Below, piece after piece: positions 9,131 to 21,100 of a DNA stretch of 64,000 bases. The DNA comes from Chrysemys picta bellii (Eukaryota), in contig NC_088800.1 in assembly GCF_011386835.1 (NCBI RefSeq), positions 84,072,001-84,136,000 on the forward strand, given 5' to 3'. The number at the start of each line of letters is the position of its first letter. The first letter of the stretch is position 1. The position numbers and the translations under genes were made by a program. The notes beneath the pieces were generated by a model, which saw only the letters and a program-made list of their open reading frames with translations, was not told where the DNA came from and searched no databases.

Positions 9131-12100
9131 TGCCTGGAGGGGGCCGTTGAGGGGTTTCCCCCCGGGGGCCGGGGATAGGGGTTGCCTAGGGGATTTGGGG
9201 TCCCGACCGGGGTTGGAGGGGTCCTCCCGGGTATGAGGGATTGGGGGTCCCCCACTGGGGCCGGGGGGGGTAATAGCGGATTGGGGGGTTGCCTAGGGCA
9301 TTGGGGATCCCCCACGGGGGATGGGGATAATAGGGGATTGGGGGTCCCCCGGGAATGGGGAGTTGCCTAGATGACGGGGGGGGTCCCCCTGGGGGCCGGG
9401 ATGGGGGTTGACTGGGGGGTCCCCCTGGGGGCTGGGGGGATAATAGGGGATTGGGGCTCCCCGGGAGCTGGGAAGGGGAGGTCACTGTGGGGCTATGGGT
9501 GATGGCAGGTTTGTCTGGCAAGGGGGAGTTATTCAGGGTCCCGTGCAGGGGGACGTGTAGGTCTGGAGGGGGGGCTCTGCAGAGTGTGGGAGTGGAGGGG
9601 GGTGAATGGTGTTACCCCTCTTCTCAGTCCCCCCTCCTGTCAGGTGAATGTTTGGGTAGATCCCTCGGGGGAGTGCCTCTGTTCCTGCTCCCAGCCCAGG
9701 CCAGGGTCCCCTGGGCTGGGTATCCCCAGGTGGGGGGAGTTCTAGGGGCTTCCCCAGCTTGGTGGCCACTGGGTCTTTGCCTTGCCTTGCCCTGCCCTTC
9801 AACTCCACTCCCAAGAGGTGGGGCCCATGCTGACTGCTCATGGTTGTCCTCACATAGGTTGTTTTCTGGTAGATTTGAAATAAGGTTTCTGTTTCAATGG
9901 GCTGTGGATGCCCCTGTGTCTCTCCTTTTCTGCTCTGAGCGCCGAGGGTGGAAGGCGCTATTGCTGTGCATGGTTGTTATTACATTTCTCCTCTAACACG
10001 TCCAGAAAAGGGATTGTTTCCTTTACTACTGAAGTGCAGCCACCTCTGGAATAGAGCACGGAGGCTGAGTAACAGTTTGTAACACCACCACACAGCCAGT
10101 GGAAACATTCTCATGTTGAAAAAGCTGCTTCTGCACTTCTAGGACAGCTGGAAAACAAACTGAGATAAAAGCTTCCAAGGTCTTGGGGTTTTTTTTAATT
10201 CTTACAAGGGCTCCTGTAATATTACCCTTGAAGTGTAAATTATGGACTACAATAGAATATCATTTTGTAAATAGTATCCTCCAAACAGATGGAACCGATA
10301 AAAGGAGAGCTGATATAGAAGAGCAGAAAAGACATCAGTCAGCATCCGACACAAAGTAGTTGCAGTATGGAGGGAATGGAAAGTGGCAGGAACAGAGGTG
10401 AGCTTTGCTGTCATTTGTAAATCAGAGCAAATAGGAAAGCAAGACTGGAGAGAGTTGCTAACAGAGCAGCACACGTGAGGAGAGGACATAGGACCATGGG
10501 GCTAGAAGTGGGGAGTAAGTCTATGGATAGGTTTGTTTGATTGATTTAGATTCAGTGAGCATAACTGGGGCATCAGAGTGATTTTGTCCTCCCTGCAATG
10601 GGAGCATTCTGAACCCCCCTAAATTCAGAGCAGAGATTTTTAGAAGCAGGATTTACAGTAGTCAAGATGGGGGGGAAAAAAAGATTTTGGTAAAGTGAGG
10701 ATGATTTAAGGTCAGGATGAATTCTGGCAAGGCTGCTAGTCAGACTTCTAGACAAGGGAGGTGTGGGTGCACAAACAATGCAACTCTTGCAAAGTATAAA
10801 AACACCCTCAAGACTTCAGTCACTGAACTCTAACACACTAAACCGGAAACAGTCCATATAAAGTCATCTGCTTGCCCTCAACATCAAATGAAATTTCATT
10901 GGCAATAGCCACATGTTGAATGTAATGACCACGCCTCCTGTCTGCTAAAACTCACAATGAAGAATTCCTGATCGCCCTTCGGGATTCTGGAAAGGACAGA
11001 ACTTCTCAGTCATCTATTTTGAGCAAGACTTCTTTAAATCTGAGTGTTTCACACTGGCAGCAAAATTGTTCTATAGTTTTGGTTATGATGTTGGAAAGGT
11101 GTTCATTCTGTAAAAATGGGGTATGCAGATTTTGTATGTTTGATTTTTTGCTTGTCTCCTTGGTGGTTACAGGAATTGTAAGATTGCACATTAAACAAAG
11201 AATCCAATGCAGCTTAAACCAGAGATGATAAGTTTCCACTCTGGAACTGATCTTTGTTTACACTCTGTCCAGTTTCAATCCGTCTTTTCCTCTCCTGCCT
11301 CTTTCATATTGAAAGGTTCCTCTCCTTCATTTTTGACTTTATTTCTGTTTTAGGATTGTGTAAAGCCAATAAAAGTTGAAAAGAAACCTGGAAAAACAGC
11401 AGCCAAGATCCGAATTGAAGATGATGGGAGCTATTTTCAAATCAATCAGGTCAGAATGTTTTCCCCTTGTAATCATTGTGTAGAAAACCCATAAATTACC
11501 TTATTATTCTGCACATAAGTATGTTACAACTGTTAAATATCTGATACCCAATGATTGCAAAAGTGATAACAATGTAGATCACTCAGTCTGAGATGATGTC
11601 CGTTGTCACTGTTACTCATTTGAAAGAGTGGGAGTGGGTACTCAATTAAAATAGATGTGACTAGCTGCTGGTAATTTCTTTTATTTTTCGTTCTGAGTCT
11701 TTAAAAGATATTTGTAAAGTGGCTTGTCATGTAATTGCATAACCTTTGGAACTAGCTGATGATAGAATCAAAGCCAGCGGAGTTGTAATGAGCTATTTTC
11801 ATGGTTGCAAAAGTAGAATGACAGCAATTTGGCGGTTAAGTGAGCTGGGAGCATTGTAGAAATGCTGTTCTCAGCTTCAGGGGTTAGGGTGTACTTCCTG
11901 CACAAACTTGGGATGCTGCTCTTTCAAGAGTGTGTGATGTCTGTGTTGAGTTGAAGATGGAGGCTGCTGCATTACTGGTGTCTGTTAAGGAAGGTGCGCA
12001 GAGGTATGATTGTGCCCTAGAGCAGCCATCATTTAGTGGGTGAAAGCAGTGTTTGCCATGAGATTAAGGCAATCAGTACCCTGCTAGGATTTTGGTTTCT

Positions 12101-15100
12101 GACTTTTGGTTTGGTCTGACTGAAGAGTGATGTTGGGTGATGTGGGGGCCCCCAAAAACAGTCATTTGAAAAACAGGGCCGCCCAGAGGGGAGGGCAAGT
12201 GGGGCAATTTGCCCCGGGCCCCACAAGCCCTGGCCAAGAATCCCTTCCCTGGCTATTCGCCCAGCGGTGGTCTGGGTCTTTGGCAGCACTTTGGCGGCGG
12301 GGGGCCCTTCAGTCGCTCCAGGTCTTCGGCGGCACTTCGGCAGCACTGAAGGGCCCCCCGCCGCCGAAGACGCGGAGCGACTGAAGGACCCGCCACCGCC
12401 GCAGACTCGGAGCGCCGCCCGGTGAGTGCAAGTACCACAGCGGGTGGTGCCTTTTTTTATGTCCGCTCCCTCACTTTGCCCCAGGCCCCCTGAATCCTCT
12501 GGGCGGCCCTGTTGAAAACTGACTTACTCATTTCACACATGTTGGCAAAATTCTCTTAGTACCATGTAGCAGGTTGTCTTTGACATGTTCTGCATATGGA
12601 TCTCTGATTCTTATGGCTAGGAATGGATCTAATCTGTTTCTTTCTAGGATGGAGGAGCACAAAAGCTTGAAAAGGCTAAAATTACCCTGAATGATTGTTT
12701 AGCTTGTAGCGGCTGCATCACATCTGCAGAAAGCGTGTTAATCACTCAGCAGAGCCATGAAGAGCTCTACAAAGTGTTAAGTTCCAATAAGGTAGGTGAT
12801 ACTCAACTGATGGAATAGCCAGCAGGTAGGCTCAAGAATTTGAAAATCATACTGTTTGATTGCTGAAGCACAGGTAAAATAATGTGTAAGAAGATCTTCT
12901 GTATCCAGATTAGCCTTCAAGAACCAAAAGGTATTGTGGGACATCCCCAGCACAACATATTTATGTGTTCCTCTGAATTTTAAAAATTGTCAGAATAGGT
13001 TTGTGAAAGGATCATAATATTTCATATAGTAATCTCTTGACTTGGAAGTGCAACATCTTCCCCCACTGGATCGTACTTTAAAAAGGAAACCATGGACAAG
13101 TATCTTCTAAATGACTAACCGATCAAAGATGCTGTATCTTAACTGTTCAGGAAATAATAATATCCCAAACTTCTTGTTTTTCAGACTGCAGCTCCCAATC
13201 AACAGAAGCTAGTTATAGTTTCCGTTTCACCACAATCCAGAGCATCACTAGCTGCAAGATTTAAGATGACGCCTCTAGAAACAGCAAAGACATTGACAGC
13301 GTTCTTAAAAAATTTAGGCAAGCTTGTTACCGTTTACCTGTTCATCGCAGATGAAATTTTGGGGTATAGCTTACTAACCTTCCAAGTGCAACTTCGGTTT
13401 AAGTCTGTAGAAGCTGCATGAGTAAACTTCCAAGTGCCTGTTTCAAAAATCATAACATGAATGGGAATTCAGACCTCTGTTACTTTGATGGCATATTAAA
13501 CTCAATGTGAGGGAAGGGATCCTAAAACACTCCATCATCAATTCATTTTTCTCATTCAGTTTTTCTATTAGCCTGTCTTCTTATGTACGAGGAAACTGTT
13601 CTGTTTCTAATTACAGCAGTCTATAAATATGGAAAAATACCAGGATTTAACCTAGTTGGGCTGGATTTTTGTGGTGTAGTTTGTAGCACTTGTCAGTTTT
13701 TTGATGGCTTTAATATCTCTATGCTATCTAGGTGTGCACTATGTGTTTGATACAACTTTCTCAAGAAACTTCAGTTTGCTGGAGAGCCAACGAGAGTTTG
13801 TACGACGCTTTCAAAGGCAAACTGAAGATAAAAAGGCTTTGCCCATGCTGGCCTCTGCCTGTCCAGGTATATTGTAAAATAGTTAAAAATGGCTATAGAA
13901 GTGGTCAGATAATGTGGCAGACTAACTGCACACTAGAGGAGTGTAATAAACTGCTGAAAAAGTTAATGGCTAAAACCACGCATAAGTGAGACTTGCTCTT
14001 GGTGCCATGAAGGTCTCTTTTAATGTCTGTTAACATTCCGTTCCACTTAGACAGGGACTACTGTGCTGTGAGGATATTATAAATGTCTTCAGTGGTCTTG
14101 TAAAGAAAGACACTTGTTCCTGAATATGATTACATGAAATGTGGAAGTTCTTACCCATAATGGTACAGATGTTTAAGTGCATTGTTAGTTTGCGAAGCTA
14201 GTCTTGTCCCAGAATCCAGTCGGTAAGAGCTATTCCTATACTGTGTGCAGAAGAGAGGCTGAAAATGGTTGTTATTGGCTGGTAATAAGGCTGATTCTGA
14301 AGCCAATGAAAGTCTGTGCATTGATTAATTGTACTTCATCTTTTCGCAGGTTGGATCTGCTATGCGGAGAAAACTCATGGAAGTTTTGTTATTCCTTACA
14401 TTAGTACCACTAAGTCCCCACAGCAGGTCATGGGCTCCTTGATCAAGGGTCACTTTGCAAAACAGCAGGTAAAGCTTAACAGGAAACTGTAGACATTAGA
14501 TCTGGAGCTGTGTTTAAAACATTGTTAAAGACAGTGTATTAAATAGGATTGATTTACAGATCTGAAAATCTTGTAGATCACTAGCAAGTCAGCCTGTCTA
14601 TCATCTCCATTTAATTTCATGAGAAGCTTAGAATTGGAGAGAGAGAGTATTAAGATCAGACTCATGCCACCAGGTGTCTCCGTTGCCTCCCTTCCGACAC
14701 TTGGTATTAGAGCAGCCCACCCACCCCACCCCCTCAGCCACCACCTTTAGCTGCCCAGCTCTTTCCCTGCCAGTGCCTATGGGAGCAGAGTTTCAGGTTT
14801 GGCATTCAAAAGGTCAGTTAAAATCTCAATCCGTTATTCAACAAATCCAGAAGAACTGGATTTGTCACAGCCCTCCTACCATCCTATTTGCTTTTCTGTT
14901 GGGGTTTTTTTCCCTATCTAAAAGCAAACTACTACCACGATCTTACAGAGAGCTTGAATTCATGTTTACATGCAGATAGTCTCTTACTAAAAAATTATGT
15001 GCTTAATGTTTCTATTTCAGTTTGATTTAATACTTTTCTATCATTGTTGCCTCTGGAATTCCTCTAAATGTCACTTTGATGTCTAAAGACTGGTGTCACT

Positions 15101-18100
15101 CTTATAGCCAAAAGTTGAGTCCACCAAGAAACTTGAGCATTGCTGCTGCCATGTTTGATTATCCATTAATGAACATTGGTTTTAACGCTTTTGTTGAATA
15201 AACTCAGACATCTGGCAACTACACCTCTACCCCGATATAACGCGACCCAATATAACACAAATTCGGATATAACACGGTAAAGCAGCGCTCCCGGGGGGGG
15301 ACAGGGCTGCGTGCTCCGGCAGATCAAAGCAAGTTCGATATAACGCGGTTTCACCTATAACGTGGTAAGATTTTTTTGGCTCCTGAGGACAGTGTTCTAT
15401 CGGGGTAGAGGTGTACTCAGAGCATTTGACGAGATACTGAAACAATGGTCTTGATTCAACAACTTGTTTCCTTGGTCCCTGGGAGCTTCTTGGATTGTGA
15501 TGAACTTTTGTACCTGTCTTCAGCTAATTTCCTGGAGTTGCTGTTGCAGAATATAAATTGTCATGGGTTTGAGTCTGCCCTGGGGCAATGGATATGAAAC
15601 ACATCTGACTACTCCATTTAATTACAGACTCTTCACTAACTAAATCTGCCAGGATTGTCTGGCTTAATAGAGGAAACAACCCCCCCCCAAAAAAAACTAT
15701 TGAAGCTTGCTACAGAGATTGTTACTCTATTATTCTTTCCTACACAATTGGGAAGGAACAGAAAGTATTAATTCAGGTAGTGAAATTGTTAGCAGCAAAG
15801 GAGATTTCTAGCAGCACAGTGGGCTTTTAGCTGCTCCACTCCTACTTGTGCCTTAATTAAATTAATTAATAGCAGTTAGTGCAACTGTACAATTTTTTTT
15901 TTTTTTTTTGGCAGCATTTTTCACCTGACCAGACCTACCATGTGACAGTAATGCCCTGTTATGACAAAAAACTGGAAGCTTCAAGACCAGACTTCTTCAG
16001 CCAAGAGTACCAAACTCGTGAGGTTGACTGTGTAATTACTACGGGTAAGGGAACCAGAGGTGCTCCATTGGTTCTTATGATATAAGGTAGTAGCTAAAAG
16101 ATCCTAAAAGAATGCTCTGAAATGCCATGTAGACTATGCTATCTAGCTTCACCTCTCTTGTCCTCTGACCCACAGATACACACTAGACGAGAGTGCTTTG
16201 TAAAATATGCTTTCATGACCTCTTATCTGTTCTGTCAGTAATTTTGCATTTTAACACTTGGTTTTCTAGGATATTAGCCAATGAAAACTTTTCTACTTTA
16301 AATGTTTTTTGCATTCACCTTTGAGCCTTCTGGGTTCAGACTGCTTTCCTGCAGAGCATCTCCAATTGCCACACAATAGAAGTGAAATAAGTTACAAAGA
16401 AATAGTCACTAGGGGACAGTTGGCATTAATTACATTTGTGGATTTAGGCTTTCATACTGATGAACCCTTTTCTTTACCCTAAAAGAACACTTACACCGGT
16501 GTTTCTGTTTCAGGAGAAGTTCTACGATTGTTGGAACAAAAGGGAGTCTCTCTGTCAGATGTGGACTCAGCCCCTTTGGATACCATGTAAGAACAAATGA
16601 TCTCCCTTAAACGTTTACTGAAATACTCTGTCACAGCCAGGGTTCTACAGCAGAATTTGCCCCTTCCATAAATGATTTAACACTACAAAAGTTGCAGATA
16701 TTTGCATCTTTTGTACATCTTACTCAGATTTTTGCTGTTGTCTTACGGATTTTGAATCTGTTAAGAACAATAGTGCATCATAAACTGCTCTGTGCAATCT
16801 GCAAGATCAGGTTAGTAAGCATTTTAAGAGACTCTGAAGGTAACTGTCTGCTGTAGACTTATTTTCATAGCCCAACCGTTAAGAGCTGTTTTTCTCTAAA
16901 GCAGCAGAAGTGGATGAATTCACTTAGTAAGATTGTTAATGACACAACTGTTCTGCACTTTTCTGTCCAATCTTTATTACTTTATATAGTTAACATTCAC
17001 ACTGTATCTGTGTTTTTAGAGACATTACACCAAGCACAAATTTAGAAACTAATGAGCACATGAAAAAATGAAATAGTCTAGAATAGAGAATATAATATGA
17101 TAATACAGAAATTTACAGGTCTGCTGTGTTTAGTTTTTTTAGTACTGTATGTATTCCAGTGCTAAAGAACAAATGAGAAAATATCAAGGTAATTTCAGCT
17201 AGTCTCTAGGCATTCTCTTATTCAATAAAAGCATATTGAACATGTGCAAAGCAGATGAGACTGCTTAATTGCTTTAACTGAAAAGTAACTGCTGGCTAAA
17301 TGCCAACTGCCTGGAAAGCTAAGTGACTACAAGAATTTGGAGGATTTAGAAATCAGATGTTTTATTCATCTAAATTGACATTAGCTGCAGTATTCCATAG
17401 CACATTAAACTAAAAGGATGTGTTTTCATCAGTGCGTGGAAAGTGACGTTGCAGTACTTTGATACACTAATAAAACTAAAGTGTTATAAATTCGGTATTT
17501 CCCTAGAAGCTGTTAGAGAAGAAAATAGATGTACATGGCCCTGTAGTCTAGTGTACAAGATTTTGCCTCACGGCTAGAGCATGTGTCAGTATAATAATGC
17601 CTGCATCTGTAATTTTCACTCCATGCATCTGAAGAAGTGAGTTTTTTGCCCACGAAAGCTTATGCCCAAATAAATCTGTTCATCTTTAATGTACCACCAG
17701 ACCCCTTGTTGTTTTTATCATTAACATTTCCATAGCAGCAAACAAAATCTCTAACTCTTTGATAAAATCTTTGGCTAACTTATTAGAAGTGCTTGTTTAA
17801 TGTTACGTCTCATGCTTAGTGATGATAATGCTCCTCTAACCTTTTGTGATCCTTAACCTACTCAGTAAATTGACTGGTCATAAACAGCACGTATTCCACA
17901 GAATTTGGAGGATTAACATAAGCAGTCAAATGGCTGTTGTTCCATTTATTCCTTTGGCAAGTGGAAAAGGCCACTAAGAGGTTATTAAATTTGGCAGCAA
18001 GAATGATACAAGTGCCAAAAATCCTTGTGCTTTTGCTGGTATTACTGCTTGCCTTAGCCAGCGATGGGGCTTACTGTCCTTCTCCTTTTCATAGAGCAGC

Positions 18101-21100
18101 AGTACGTGAGGCTGGACACACTGAAACACTTATTAATGAATCACAGTTCCTGTAAACAAGAGTTGAGTTAAAAATAGCCTCTGAAGCTGATTACAGGGTG
18201 AAAAATTGTCTTTCACAGTTCTAAGGCTGAGATTTTTATCTGCAAGTGGCAACATCTTAGATCTGACTGAAATCCCAGGTGTTTTCCCTTCGGCAGCTGT
18301 GAGCAGCAGAATGCAAGTGTCACACGGATGAAAAAAGAACAAGGAGTACTTGTGATACAGACTAACACGGCTACCACTCTGAAAACTGTTTGAGTGGGTA
18401 TAAGCACATCGCTCTTCTGATTATCCTCTCATAACAAAAGCCATTGTTGTGGTTTGCTATTCTCAAGGAGCATTACAGTGACCTTCCAAATAGACAGCTG
18501 TGCCTTGTCAGATTACTGGAATTGTTTGAGGTGTTTGACCCTTGGCTTTTCTTGGCATTATTTAGGTCATATAAACACGAGTGTTCCCCTTTAGCTTGCA
18601 GGCTTCTAGGAAAGACTGAGCTAAAGTTCAAGAGGTTTGGCCTTTGTTCTTCCTGGTTTCCTAGAAGTTCTGTGGTTAAGGGTATGGAAACCAGCTGGCC
18701 AGAATTGATAACTGAGGCCATTTTCCCCTCCCAGCTATCCCAGTTGTACTGGAACATCCGCTATATAAATGCTTCTGGGATAAGTCCCAATTTCTGGGTC
18801 TGAAGTGGATTCATGGAGGCTGTTCTATTGGCATTTCCCTGTTGTTGGAGAGATGTGCATAAGCAGCACAACTACTTTCAATTAAAAACAAAATTCAGCA
18901 ATAGGGTTGCTGGTTATTCTGCAGGGTGGACATGGATCCTTCGGAAATGGAAATCATAGAATATCAGGGTTGGAAGGAATCTCAGGAGATCATCTAGTCC
19001 AACCCCCTGCTCAAAGCAGGACCAATCCCCAGACAGACTTTTGCCCCAGATTCCTAAATGGCCCCTTCAAGGATTGAACTCACAACTCTGGGTTTAGCAG
19101 GCCAATGCTCAAATCACTGAGCTATCCCTTCCCCCCATGAATGAGAGATGAAGTGTAAGACCTGTTTAAATGCCCAGGTGTAATAGGTGCTCTAGAAATT
19201 CCTACGGTAGACATGTTTGAAGGCGGTTGCTATTGGATGGGCTCTCTAAGACTGTACGGTCATGTAAAGCTAGACTCTGCAATCAGTCTCCTTTTTTTAA
19301 TTGGAAGCTTCAGTTTAACAATTATAGAAGCAGAAAAGTAACAAGTCTGAGCAAAATTTGTTAGATGTTCAAATAGACACTTGTAGTAGGGATTAGCAGA
19401 GATGTTAGAGTTTAAGGCTTAAACACTCTGATAACCGTAACACAGTGAAAGTTATCGGGAGATGGTATGTTTGACTTGGAACAAATTTTCCTTTTTAAAA
19501 GTTTTAAAAGTTGGATCAAGCCCATACCTGACAGTGTAGGGTTACATTTACATAGCCCTGAAATTATCACTAGTCAATACCGGGCAGTTCATGCTATCGG
19601 ACGGGAAGCTGGTCTCAAGAAACTAAATTACAGCTGGCTACGTATTACTTCCAAATTCCTTCTTGTGCATGGTGAAGTAATTCTGTTTCAAGAGGGGAAA
19701 AGGGCTTTTTTACTAGTGGTCTAAAACTACTTCACCGTCGTTGAAATTGGATTCTCAGTGCCAATGGGTGTAGCACTGGGTATCCTATTTTATAAGCAGG
19801 TGCAAAGAGGGGCCTTCTTTTTCTTCCCTTTTCCCTAGGTTTAGCAGCGTTTCAGAAGAGGAGCTCCTCGGCCATTCTGGTGGCGGTTCTGGGGGCTATT
19901 TGGAGCACATATACAAGTATGCAGCAAAAGAACTGTTTGGGATTCAAGTGGATGAAGTTCAATACAAACCTTTAAAGTAAGGAATTGAAATGATGTTGCT
20001 GTATTTCAGTGCAGTTCTGTTTACACTCTTCTCCTGCTGGTAATCCAAGAGCAATCTTCAGTGTTAAACATTTTACAGCCAGCCATGGCAATTGGCTCCC
20101 TTCTCCCACAGTTCACTTAGCAATGAATCAGCCAGCAGTCTGTGCAGCCTTTTCCCTGGGTGCCTTCTTGACCCCTTCCCCATCACCCACATCGTGTTCT
20201 GCATTGTAGATTTCCCCACTGTTAAGCTACAGCAACAAATTAGAACAACCTGGCAACTGAAGCTCTCATGGAAATGAGGGAGCCCTTCACCTGTCATCAC
20301 ACACTAAAATAGATGTGTTGGGATTTTAGTTCCTCCTCCCTCATTGTGTTAACTAGTGGTTAGCTTAGAAGACTAGGTGTCAGGACTGGGTTGTATTTCC
20401 AACTTTGCCACCTAGTTGCTGAGAGACCTTGAGCAAGTCACTTAAATCTCTCTGTGCCTCACTTTAAAATGAGACTCCTGCCTGCCTCCCAGGTGTGTGT
20501 ATAATGTATCATTTGTAGGGCCCTATAGAAGTACATACTAACATGGGGATTTTTATGTCCAGACTCTGATGCTCTTCAGCAGATCAAAGCCTAACAGCAA
20601 GGTGGTCAGCTAGGGTGAGTGCACCTGAGGGAGGTTAAGAGGAATCCATGCACAAGTTGTTCTCATATTTCCCAGCCACCATATGCAGTGCATGGCTATT
20701 TGGCCAGGGAGCAGCACAGCTGGCCTGATCTGAGCTGCCCGAGTGTGCCAATTGTCTGACTGAATGAGACTGGAGAGAGTTCAGAGCTTGCCATTAAGAA
20801 GTGTACAAACATCAGTTTGGAGAAAATGGTTTCTATAGCCTACTGTGTTTCTAGTTTTGTAGTTACTTGCGTTATAACTTCTGTTACTACTAAAGACACC
20901 AATAATAGATGTTCTCCAGAGTGACAGCTGCATATGTGGACATAAAAATGTTCATCTTTACGCACTTTTCCTTTTGTATTTGAGGTAGAATTGGGGTTTA
21001 GGTCCCTAATTTAATTAGATTTATGGAGGTTAGTTTCTTCCCCAAGAACTCTCTTGTCCTCTGCTGCCTCAAAGAAGGACACAGTTTCTTTAAGTTTTAT

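Noticed and set aside
9170-9480. CRISPR-like repeat array
   Set aside because: Eukaryotic intron; units are degenerate with no constant repeat/unique spacer pattern
8618-9996. Long ORFs 8618..9178, 9451..9996 and antisense partners
   Set aside because: Low-complexity Gly/Pro/Arg products typical of GC-rich CpG-island and G-repeat DNA; no recognisable domain
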